DNA from: an uncultured Gammaproteobacteria bacterium
GTDB lineage: Bacteria > Patescibacteriota > Microgenomatia > UBA10105 > UBA927
DNA length: 64,000 nt
Assembly: GCA_964448085.1 (NCBI GenBank)
Contig: CAYUUX010000002.1
Coordinates: forward strand, 30,519 to 94,518
Direction: 5' to 3'
Shown: positions 57,073-64,000 of the stretch, piece after piece
Layout of the letters: every line of letters starts with the position of its first letter
Position numbering within the stretch: position 1 is the stretch's first letter
Translations under genes and position numbers: made by a program
Notes under the pieces: model-generated
What the model was told of the DNA's origin: nothing
What the model saw: the letters and a program-made list of their open reading frames with translations, nothing else
Databases searched by the model: none

Positions 57073-57753
57073 ATGAGGAAAAAAAATTCATCAAAAATGC
57101 AAGAGAAACCACGAACTGCGGAATGGATATTTCAATTTTGGGCATGGCAACTTTTATTATGGACGTTGTATCGGTACTACCTGCATTACCCCGAGTGGGT
57201 AGATGAGTTTCTTTTTAAACCTGCAGTTTTTGTTGTACCGGTTCTCTGGTATGTTCTGGTAAAAGAAAAGCGGTCGCTTACAACAGTTGGCATAACGGGA
57301 AAAAGGATCGGTTCAAGCGCGTTGTTGGGTGTTGGGATTGGGATCGCGTTTTTGCTTGAGGGATTGTTTGTCCACTTGGTATCACGCGGATCGCTGACAT
57401 TGCAGCAGTTACCAAGTGTTTCCTCATATTCATTCGGTGCGTTGATTGCCTTGTCATTTGCGACAGCTTTTTCCGAAGAACTTCTGAGTCGTGGATTTCT
57501 ATTTTCTAGACTCTATGAACAAACGAAACGCATATGGTACTCGATTGTGCTGTCCACACTGATGTTTGTTGCTTTTCACATACCCATCCTTATTACTTCA
57601 TTGAAGTTTCAGGGGGCAACACTAGTGATATTTTTGGTAACCAGCATGACCATCGGTATAATCAACAGCGTTTTATTTTTGGAAAAAAAGAGCATCATTA
57701 CACCACTTCTCGTGCACTTTTTTTGGAATATAACCGTGGCACTTTTCTTATAG
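57073..57753 (+). CDS. CPBP family intramembrane glutamic endopeptidase (CAAX protease/Abi domain)
   Basis: FSEELLSRGF (EExxxR motif 1), FHIP (FxxxH motif 2), HFFWN motif 3. 226 aa, multi-TM. Confidence 0.7.
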   Translation: MRKKNSSKMQEKPRTAEWIFQFWAWQLLLWTLYRYYLHYPEWVDEFLFKPAVFVVPVLWYVLVKEKRSLTTVGITGKRIGSSALLGVGIGIAFLLEGLFVHLVSRGSLTLQQLPSVSSYSFGALIALSFATAFSEELLSRGFLFSRLYEQTKRIWYSIVLSTLMFVAFHIPILITSLKFQGATLVIFLVTSMTIGIINSVLFLEKKSIITPLLVHFFWNITVALFL

Positions 57754-57760
57754 CAAAGCG

Positions 57761-58522
57761 TTAGCTTGCCGTCCACCCACCATCGATATAGAACGTTGCT
57801 CCCGTTGTATAGCTTGCTTCATCGGACGCAAGGTACACGACGGTTGCCGCAATTTCCTCTGCTTTTCCAAAACGCTTCATCGGAATACGGGCAATGAGTG
57901 CGTTGTAAAAGTCGGGCATTTCCTGTATGGACGCCGTCATTTCTGTTTCAATGAACCCCGGCCCAATGGCGTTTGCTGTTATGCCCAGTGGTGCAAATTC
58001 GTCGGCAAGCGCTTCAGTCATCGCAACCACACCACCTTTGGAAGCGCAGTAATTGACTGCACCAGCCATGCCGCTCCCCACACCTCCGGAAAGGATGGAT
58101 GCAATGCTGATAATGCGTCCAAATTTGTTTTTTGCCATTTCCTTTGCCGCTAGCTGCGACATAAAGAAATAGGATTTGAGGTTCGTATCAACAACCTTGT
58201 CCCACATGTCCTCAGGCATTTCCAGTGTCGTTGACAATGCACCAACGCCCGCGTTGTTGAGAAGAATATCCAATTTTCCAAACGCCTTTACAGTTTGGGC
58301 AACTGCGTTTGTTATATCCTGCAGTTTCAAAACGTCGGTTGGAATAACGAGTGATTTTCCTCCAGCGGCTTCAATTTCTTTGGCAAGCGTTTCTAATTTC
58401 TCCACGCGTCTTGCGCACAGTGCAACCGATGCCCCTTGTTTAGCAAGGGCTAGTGCGGACGCACGGCCAATACCGCTGGAAGCACCAGTTACGAGCGCAA
58501 CTTTTCTTGATAAATTAAACAT
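57761..58522 (-). CDS. SDR family oxidoreductase (FabG-like 3-oxoacyl-ACP reductase fold)
   Basis: VALVTGASSGIGRA (TGxxxGIG), NNAG, and YCASKGG catalytic YxxxK. Confidence 0.85.
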   Translation of the reverse strand: MFNLSRKVALVTGASSGIGRASALALAKQGASVALCARRVEKLETLAKEIEAAGGKSLVIPTDVLKLQDITNAVAQTVKAFGKLDILLNNAGVGALSTTLEMPEDMWDKVVDTNLKSYFFMSQLAAKEMAKNKFGRIISIASILSGGVGSGMAGAVNYCASKGGVVAMTEALADEFAPLGITANAIGPGFIETEMTASIQEMPDFYNALIARIPMKRFGKAEEIAATVVYLASDEASYTTGATFYIDGGWTAS

Positions 58523-58530
58523 ACGCCTCC

Positions 58531-59157
58531 TTATTGGATATTTTGAATGGCTTTTTCTACTTCTATTGCCAAGTCTGCAACCGTGTTGAGGTTCAATTTT
58601 TTCCCATTTAAATAGAATGTCGGTGTTGCGTTGACCCCAATCGTGTTTCCAAGATCAATTTCCTTTGCAACGAGCGTTTTCACTGCATCACTTTTTATAT
58701 CTTGGTTAAACGCTTCTTCACGAAGTCCAAGACGTGCCGCTTCCGATGCGATGCGTGTGGTGCTCAGGTCTTTTTGGTTGGTAAATAACGCATCATGCAT
58801 TTCCCAGTATTTTCCTTGCATGGCTGCAGCCTCAGCCGCGTAGGCGGCGGGGATGGCCATCAGGTGGGAGGGGAGTGGGTAATTCCGATAGACAAAAAAA
58901 AGCGAATCCTTATATGTTTCCGTGAGCTTCTTGACCTCCGGATAAAAGAGCGCGCATGCGGGACATTGGAAGTCGGAAAATTCAACAAGCCAGACGGATG
59001 CGTCTTTTGAACCTAACGTATGCGTTGCTCCCAAGAGAAGCACGTCTTTTTCAATCGGTTTTGCCGGTTTGGTCATGACAAACATAGCAATCGCGACAAT
59101 ACAGGCTGTAACAGCAAATACCCCAATAAAAAGTTTGGATTCACTCGAGAATTTCAT
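58531..59157 (-). CDS. DsbA-like thiol:disulfide oxidoreductase (thioredoxin fold), membrane-anchored
   Basis: N-terminal TM anchor. EFSDFQCPACALF CxxC active site in a thioredoxin-like context. Confidence 0.7.
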   Translation of the reverse strand: MKFSSESKLFIGVFAVTACIVAIAMFVMTKPAKPIEKDVLLLGATHTLGSKDASVWLVEFSDFQCPACALFYPEVKKLTETYKDSLFFVYRNYPLPSHLMAIPAAYAAEAAAMQGKYWEMHDALFTNQKDLSTTRIASEAARLGLREEAFNQDIKSDAVKTLVAKEIDLGNTIGVNATPTFYLNGKKLNLNTVADLAIEVEKAIQNIQ

Positions 59158-59621
59158 ATTTTTTCTCTTTTTGATAACGACAGGCTTTTTAGAGTAAGCG
59201 CAAAAATGATGTACATGTTAACTGCAGATATTCCACACCACATGCAGACCCCGTGTATCAAAAATAATTCCGTATACGTAAACCATGTAACAAATACTAT
59301 GCCAAATAGGGACATACCAAATATTCCCCAGAGAAGCCCCTTATTGTTTTTTACCGTTCTCAGAAACGAAAGCACAAGCAAAAATATGTATCCGGCAACG
59401 CCGACTGCTGGGACTGGAATGCCAAAAGGATACGAAAGAGCACTTTTTCTCACTGCCTCGCACCCACCGCCGGTTAAGCATACAACGCCTGTTTGCCGAA
59501 GAAAACTTTGCAGAACATAGCTTCCCATCAAAAGTCCCGCAAGTGACAAAATAAAAATCACTCTATTTATGGATTTGATTTGAGTATTCATAGTATGTCT
59601 ATTATGCCATAGGACGTGCAA
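59154..59621 (-). CDS. vitamin K epoxide reductase (VKOR) family protein, DsbB-analog
   Basis: 155 aa, 4-5 TM helices. Loop Cys pair (VCLTGGGCEAV) plus CMWC CxxC in the last helix. Overlaps the DsbA-like gene by 4 nt. Confidence 0.6.
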   Translation of the reverse strand: MHVLWHNRHTMNTQIKSINRVIFILSLAGLLMGSYVLQSFLRQTGVVCLTGGGCEAVRKSALSYPFGIPVPAVGVAGYIFLLVLSFLRTVKNNKGLLWGIFGMSLFGIVFVTWFTYTELFLIHGVCMWCGISAVNMYIIFALTLKSLSLSKREKI

Positions 59622-61566
59622 TATTTATACGTGATAATCGAAGGGAATTCAAAACGACGGATAATGAGCTCGCTGCCATAGCAAATGCTGCCATTTGTGG
59701 GGTTAACGTTATACCAAAAGCAGAGAGCGCACCTGTGGCAATGGGTATTAGCACAATGTTGTAGCCAAATGCCCATGCAAGATTCTGTTTCATCGTCTTT
59801 ACCACAGCCCTACTCAAGATGATCATGAACGGAATACGCGTTAAATTATTTGCAAGAACGGTCATATCAGCAGTGGCTTTGGCGATTGCAGAACCGGTTC
59901 CGATTGCCGCACTCACATCTGCGGCGGCAAGTGCTGGAGCATCATTGATACCGTCTCCAATCATCATGATTGGTAGGCTATTTTGCTTGCGAATCGTTGC
60001 TAAAGCGTCCGATTTCCCCTCCGGTTTCACCTCTGCGATGACGTTGGATATGCCAACGTTTGTTGCTTTTGCTTTGGCAACGGCGTACCTGTCGCCCGTC
60101 AATAGCGTTACATCCATCTTCATCTTTTTTAACAATGTTATAGCTGTTGCTGCTTCTGTTCGGACAGGATCATCAACGGCAAAAACCGCAACAAGCGTTT
60201 TGTTATATGCGGCACAGACAATCGTTTTCTCTTCTTTTTCCCACAACGCTATTGTTGTTGCTGCAGCTTGATGAATCGGTATCTTGTGGGAGGAAAGGAA
60301 TTGTGCGGTCCCAATAAACATATCATTGCCACGATAGGATCCTCTTATGCCTTTCCCAGGCTCTGCATGACCATTCGTAGAAATCCTTTGAAACACTATG
60401 TTCTGATTGGAACCCCACGCAAGAAGCGCATTTGCCAAGGGGTGTTCTGATGCGGACTCCAACGCAAGAATTGCCGGTAGGAACCGTTTGTGCAGTATCA
60501 ACGCATCAACAACCTGCGGTTTTCCTTGTGTTATCGTTCCTGTTTTGTCAAAAACGATATGCCGAATTGCGCCTGTTTGTTCAAGCGTACGTGCTGTGCG
60601 AATGAGGACGCCTGCTTTTGCCGCCCTTCCGATACCCACAACGATAGCCATAGGGGTCGCAAGACCAAGGGCACATGGACAAGCAACCACAAGGACTGCA
60701 ATAGTTGCTCTGATTGCTTCTGTGGAATGTCCTGTTGCAAACCAAAAGAGCGCTGTTACAGCAGCGATTCCCAAGATGACAGGTACAAAAACTGCCGATA
60801 TTTGATCTGCTAACTTTGCCATATTCGGTTTTGCATTTTGCGCGTCACGAACGAGTGTTTGGATGTGAGACAAAACGGTATCTTTTCCGATTGCAGTAAC
60901 CGACATCCGTAACACACCTGTTCCATTCATTGTTCCGGCAACTAGGAGGTCGCGCGTTTTTTTAGTCACCGGTATCGGTTCGCCGGTTAACATAGACTCA
61001 TTTACCGAAGACACACCATCAACTACATATCCGTCAACTGGAATACGTTCGCCCGGACGAATTTCCAGGATGTCATTTTTTTCTATCTGTTCTATGGGAA
61101 CGGTTCGTATCTCGTGTCGGAGCACTTTATGACCGGTTGGAGATTCCAGTTTACTTATCTCTCTGAGCGCTGTGTTTGCAGCGCTTTTTGCGCGCGTTTC
61201 CATGAGTTTTCCAAGAAGGACGAGTGTTATGATAACCGTGCTTGAATCAAAAAACATAGCCTTGGGAAGTCCAGAAGCTTTATTGAGAAGTGTTGCGATA
61301 AAATGAAATACGGAATAGCCGTACGCGACGCTTGTCCCCAGCACGATAAGCGTATCCATGCTCGTCGTGCCTGTTTTTATTCCACTTATCGCAGCTTTAT
61401 AAAAATGTCCTCCTCCATAAAATTGTACAATTGAAGCGAAGATCGCTGTTGTAAAAACAACATAGGGTTCCAGATGGATGGGGAGGGGAATTTTAAGTAG
61501 TTCCGGAATCGTTGCGAGAAACACAAAAAACGTACCTATTGCAGACCACCAAAACCGTTTTGTCAT
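59602..61566 (-). CDS. copA: copper-translocating P1B-type ATPase lacking N-terminal metal-binding domain
   Basis: CPC in TM6 (VVACPCALGLATP), DKTGTIT phosphorylation motif, GDGINDAP hinge. 654 aa and it starts directly in the TM region. Confidence 0.9.
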   Translation of the reverse strand: MTKRFWWSAIGTFFVFLATIPELLKIPLPIHLEPYVVFTTAIFASIVQFYGGGHFYKAAISGIKTGTTSMDTLIVLGTSVAYGYSVFHFIATLLNKASGLPKAMFFDSSTVIITLVLLGKLMETRAKSAANTALREISKLESPTGHKVLRHEIRTVPIEQIEKNDILEIRPGERIPVDGYVVDGVSSVNESMLTGEPIPVTKKTRDLLVAGTMNGTGVLRMSVTAIGKDTVLSHIQTLVRDAQNAKPNMAKLADQISAVFVPVILGIAAVTALFWFATGHSTEAIRATIAVLVVACPCALGLATPMAIVVGIGRAAKAGVLIRTARTLEQTGAIRHIVFDKTGTITQGKPQVVDALILHKRFLPAILALESASEHPLANALLAWGSNQNIVFQRISTNGHAEPGKGIRGSYRGNDMFIGTAQFLSSHKIPIHQAAATTIALWEKEEKTIVCAAYNKTLVAVFAVDDPVRTEAATAITLLKKMKMDVTLLTGDRYAVAKAKATNVGISNVIAEVKPEGKSDALATIRKQNSLPIMMIGDGINDAPALAAADVSAAIGTGSAIAKATADMTVLANNLTRIPFMIILSRAVVKTMKQNLAWAFGYNIVLIPIATGALSAFGITLTPQMAAFAMAASSLSVVLNSLRLSRINIARPMA

Positions 61567-61626
61567 GGTATGGAGATACTCTTTCTGTTGTCTTTACATT
61601 TACTCTTCCTGCATGGCCATGTCAGT

Positions 61627-61830
61627 TTATACGACCGGCGTATAACAAAGACGTTGTATTGTTTTATGTACCCCACCAAGGCTTTCAGGAGCGTCTATAT
61701 CAACGGTTGCTTCTTCACTGCCAAAATTCACTTGCGCACTGTTGACCCCTGGTATTTTTTTGAGGGAACGTTCAATAAGTTGCGCGCATGAGGCACAATG
61801 CATGCCAAGAATGGGGATTGTTTGTTTCAT
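61627..61830 (-). CDS. copZ: heavy-metal-associated (HMA) domain copper chaperone
   Basis: MKQTIPILGMHCASCAQ has the GMxCxxC motif. 67 aa after trimming the ORF-track N-terminal extension. Confidence 0.8.
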   Translation of the reverse strand: MKQTIPILGMHCASCAQLIERSLKKIPGVNSAQVNFGSEEATVDIDAPESLGGVHKTIQRLCYTPVV

Positions 61831-62111
61831 GCTTGTTTTTTTGCCATCACTTTCATTACTTCGTCGATGACTTCCTGTTGTTTTCCCTGTTTGATCGCAT
61901 CGGCAACGCACGTTTCCAGATGATTTTTTAAAATTACCTGGTCAATCTCACGAAGCGCGGCTTGAACCGCAAGAGACTGATGGATTATATGAATGCAATA
62001 CCGACCTTCCTCAACCATGGAGACTATCCTTGATAGTTGGCCGTTGGCTATTTTAAGACGGTGCAATATTTTGTGTTGTACTGATTGGTCTCGCGGTATA
62101 CCTTTTCCCAT
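61827..62111 (-). CDS. csoR: CsoR/RcnR family metal-sensing transcriptional repressor
   Basis: 94 aa. YCIHIIHQ and ETCV supply the Cys/His/Cys metal ligands typical of CsoR. Confidence 0.8.
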   Translation of the reverse strand: MGKGIPRDQSVQHKILHRLKIANGQLSRIVSMVEEGRYCIHIIHQSLAVQAALREIDQVILKNHLETCVADAIKQGKQQEVIDEVMKVMAKKQA

Positions 62112-62166
62112 ATTTTTCCTCCTTGACTTTTATACCCCCCTAGGGGATAGAATAGAATGGTTATTG

Positions 62167-63207
62167 ATGTTTGTCAAGGGTATGCCAAATCTTTGGGTTA
62201 TTTTTCTTACAGGACTTGTTACGGGCGGAATAAGCTGCATGGCGGTGCAAGGGGGACTGCTTGCAAGTGTTTTGGCTGTTGGGGAAACATCCAGGAAGAC
62301 CTGGGCACACACCCTGCGCTCCGTCGTTTTTTTCCTTATCGGAAAGGTGAGCGTATATACTTTATTGGGTGCCTTTCTCGGATTCCTCGGTTCGTCGCTG
62401 CAGCTTTCCATCACCATGAATGCGGTTTTTATGATACTTGCTTCGCTGTTCATGATCTTTTCCGCACTCAATCTTCTCAATGTCCACCCTATATTCCGTT
62501 TCTTTGTGCTACAGCCTCCACGTTTTTTGTATCGGATTGCACGCAGCGAATCGCGTAAAGTCGATTGGTTCGCGCCTTTGGCAATCGGCGTATTAACAGT
62601 ATTTCTTCCTTGTGGCACAACACAGGCAATGATGTTGGAAGCAATGCAGTTTGGCAACCCTTTGTTATCAGCAAGCATTCTTTTTGCGTTTACCATTGGT
62701 ACCATACCGCTTTTTCTTTTGTTCGGGGTGTTTTTTCATGCCGCGTCATCATTTTTTACAAAATATTTTGCTCCTGTTGCAGCGACTCTGGTTATCGGTC
62801 TTGCATTATGGAACCTGTCTAACGTATTTGCTATTGTGGGCTGGGCGACACCAGTTACTCGGTTTGTGCGTTTTGCATATTGCCAGGTCGTTTATTGTGA
62901 CGACATGGTAGCTGTTGGAAACAGTAAATCATTGGAGAATACTCAGGAGCCCGTCATTGTGATCAACGCCACGTCATACGCAATTGAAAATCCATACATT
63001 CCTGCGGGAGCATCGATACGGCTTTCTGTGCGCAACGTTCGCGGAAACGGCTGTATTCAATTTTTTACGATCCCCAAGTTAAACATCCAAAAAGTAATCC
63101 CGGTGGGCACAACGGAAATTATTGAGTTTACCGCACCAGCGGAGAAAGGAGAATTACCGTTCATGTGCAGTATGGGTATGTATAGAGGTATGTTTATTGT
63201 ACGGTAG
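62167..63207 (+). CDS. polytopic membrane protein (DsbD/CcdA-like TM domain) with C-terminal cupredoxin-like domain, probable copper-handling protein
   Basis: About 6 TM helices with a GISCMAVQGG Cys. C-terminal 110 aa is beta-rich with a Met/Cys cluster (FMCSMGMYRGMF) resembling cupredoxin/copper-binding domains. Start trimmed so it does not overlap csoR. Confidence 0.45.
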   Translation: MFVKGMPNLWVIFLTGLVTGGISCMAVQGGLLASVLAVGETSRKTWAHTLRSVVFFLIGKVSVYTLLGAFLGFLGSSLQLSITMNAVFMILASLFMIFSALNLLNVHPIFRFFVLQPPRFLYRIARSESRKVDWFAPLAIGVLTVFLPCGTTQAMMLEAMQFGNPLLSASILFAFTIGTIPLFLLFGVFFHAASSFFTKYFAPVAATLVIGLALWNLSNVFAIVGWATPVTRFVRFAYCQVVYCDDMVAVGNSKSLENTQEPVIVINATSYAIENPYIPAGASIRLSVRNVRGNGCIQFFTIPKLNIQKVIPVGTTEIIEFTAPAEKGELPFMCSMGMYRGMFIVR

Positions 63208-63212
63208 AGACT

Positions 63213-63416
63213 ATGAAAACACTCCAGTTGAAACTTTCCGGCATGCATTGTGCAAGCTGTTCGCTTCTCATTGAAGGCGCTCTGGAAGATATGGGAGTAA
63301 CGGCACACGCAAGTTATGCAAAACAGGTTGTTGATGTTACGTTTGATGAAGGGAAAACAACACTTGCCAAAATAACATCGGCGATTCGATCGCTCGGGTA
63401 TGATGTGACTGTGTGA
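63213..63416 (+). CDS. copZ: HMA-domain copper chaperone (second CopZ-like)
   Basis: 67 aa. LSGMHCASCS GMxCxxC motif, ferredoxin-like fold length. Confidence 0.8.
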   Translation: MKTLQLKLSGMHCASCSLLIEGALEDMGVTAHASYAKQVVDVTFDEGKTTLAKITSAIRSLGYDVTV

Positions 63417-63417
63417 T

Positions 63418-63840
63418 TTACGCAATAGTGGATAAATATGTTTTGAGCTGTGCCAACGCATCTTCCTCGGAGGAAAAAACGATTTCCTTTTTTACAGAAG
63501 GGCATCCCCGAAGCATTCTGCTGACATTCTTTCCTTGTTCATACAAAATAACCACGGGTTTACCCGTATGGTGTGCATGCTCAATCTCTATACCCGTACC
63601 CGTCGTCGGTTCTCCTATATAGGCAATCATCACGTCACTCGTATCCAGTTGGGCAATATCTCGTTGGTAAACTTCCCGGGCTGGAACGTCGGGATTGAGA
63701 ACTGGATCTGTTCCATTCATGAATGCCCAGAAATAGTCAAAGCCTAATTCTTGTGCAACTCCAGCCATCTTTTTATAAAATGACTTTGTTTTTTCAGGAT
63801 TTTTTAGGTCTGTAAGCGGGCCTGCAAAAAAGACTTTCAT
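63418..63840 (-). CDS. nucleoside 2-deoxyribosyltransferase-like protein (Rcl/DNPH1-type N-glycosidase family)
   Basis: MKVFFAGPL N-terminus, IAYIGEPTTGTGIEIEHAHHTGKPVV with a conserved Glu, about 140 aa. The fold family is inferred from these motifs. Confidence 0.55.
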   Translation of the reverse strand: MKVFFAGPLTDLKNPEKTKSFYKKMAGVAQELGFDYFWAFMNGTDPVLNPDVPAREVYQRDIAQLDTSDVMIAYIGEPTTGTGIEIEHAHHTGKPVVILYEQGKNVSRMLRGCPSVKKEIVFSSEEDALAQLKTYLSTIA

Positions 63841-64000
63841 AGATTGTCATTGTATCGTACGTGTTTTTGTATAGCAAGCGTATCTCCCCCGGCGTTTGGA
63901 CAACAAAGACGCCCTTTTTCTGGGGGACTTACACAAAATTCTATTGCATGCTATAGTTCTGATTGTTATTTATTTTTATCGTAAAGGAGTATTGTATGGC

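Noticed and set aside
61993-62166. The 404-aa ORF-track call extends 58 codons into csoR on the opposite strand
   Set aside because: The N-terminal extension has no hydrophobic or conserved character and overlaps a confidently assigned gene. The first plausible starts are ATG at 62167 or 62182, immediately before the first TM helix.
63853-63895. GC-rich hairpin (ggcgt...acgcc within ccccc...ggggg) followed by a T-run near the window end
   Set aside because: No plus-strand gene ends upstream of it, because the preceding gene is on the minus strand. It lies in the promoter region of a new ORF starting at 63996, so it is more likely a regulatory or chance structure than a terminator. Too little context in this window.
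1-64000. CRISPR arrays, IS elements, rRNA genes, prophage modules
   Set aside because: By eye I found no regularly spaced direct repeats, no transposase or integrase motifs other than the Xer-type recombinase, and no rRNA-like conserved segments. This would need confirmation with repeat and IS finders.

Overview
This 64-kb window is gene-dense (about 75 CDS, 3 tRNAs). Most genes are tightly packed or overlap by 1-4 nt. It reads like a chromosomal segment from a small-genome, cell-envelope-focused bacterium, possibly Patescibacteria/CPR-like (inference).

- **1-12.2 kb:** a surface-polysaccharide locus. It holds a Wzy/O-antigen-ligase-like gene cut by the window edge, several GT2/GT4 glycosyltransferases, rmlC, an NAD-dependent epimerase, a DegT aminotransferase plus Gfo/Idh/MocA oxidoreductase pair, a Wzm/Wzt-type ABC exporter, and an embedded archaeal-type UMP kinase.
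- **12.2-19 kb:** a standalone 5'-3' exonuclease, ftsH, a PRTase-like ORFan, and a tryptophan module (tRNA-Trp, TrpB2-like tryptophan synthase beta, TrpRS with a C-terminal tRNA-binding domain).
- **19.2-27.5 kb:** a second glycan-modification operon with a large membrane protein, tandem SGNH/GDSL hydrolases, a DxD protein, a radical-SAM SPASM/twitch protein, a GT4 and a YihX-like HAD phosphatase.
- **27.5-37.9 kb:** two CAT-anticodon tRNAs (one atypical) flanking a single ORF, then an FtsB-like protein, a Xer-family recombinase, valS, efp-epmA, nth and ribosomal protein L25.
- **37.8-48.5 kb:** an 838-aa membrane-anchored protein, RNase HI, Wzx flippase plus a second Wzy-like protein, the conserved jag-yidC-yidD-rnpA-rpmH block directly abutting recF (no dnaA or dnaN between them), and Nnr dehydratase.
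- **48.5-57.8 kb:** a Fic family protein immediately upstream of an ATP-dependent DNA ligase, a Ca/Na antiporter, a GT2, an EndoQ-like PHP/Zn-ribbon protein, pth, acyP, ORFans and a CPBP protease.
- **57.8-63.8 kb:** a thiol-redox and copper island (SDR, DsbA-like plus VKOR, csoR-copZ-copA, a membrane protein with a cupredoxin-like domain, a second CopZ) and an NDT-like protein.

I found no CRISPR array, rRNA, transposase or obvious prophage. A new ORF with an AAGGAG ribosome-binding site starts at 63996 at the window end. The most unusual items are the Trp module, the radical-SAM-containing glycan operon, the atypical tRNA-CAT, the Fic-ligase pair and the set of archaeal-type housekeeping enzymes.
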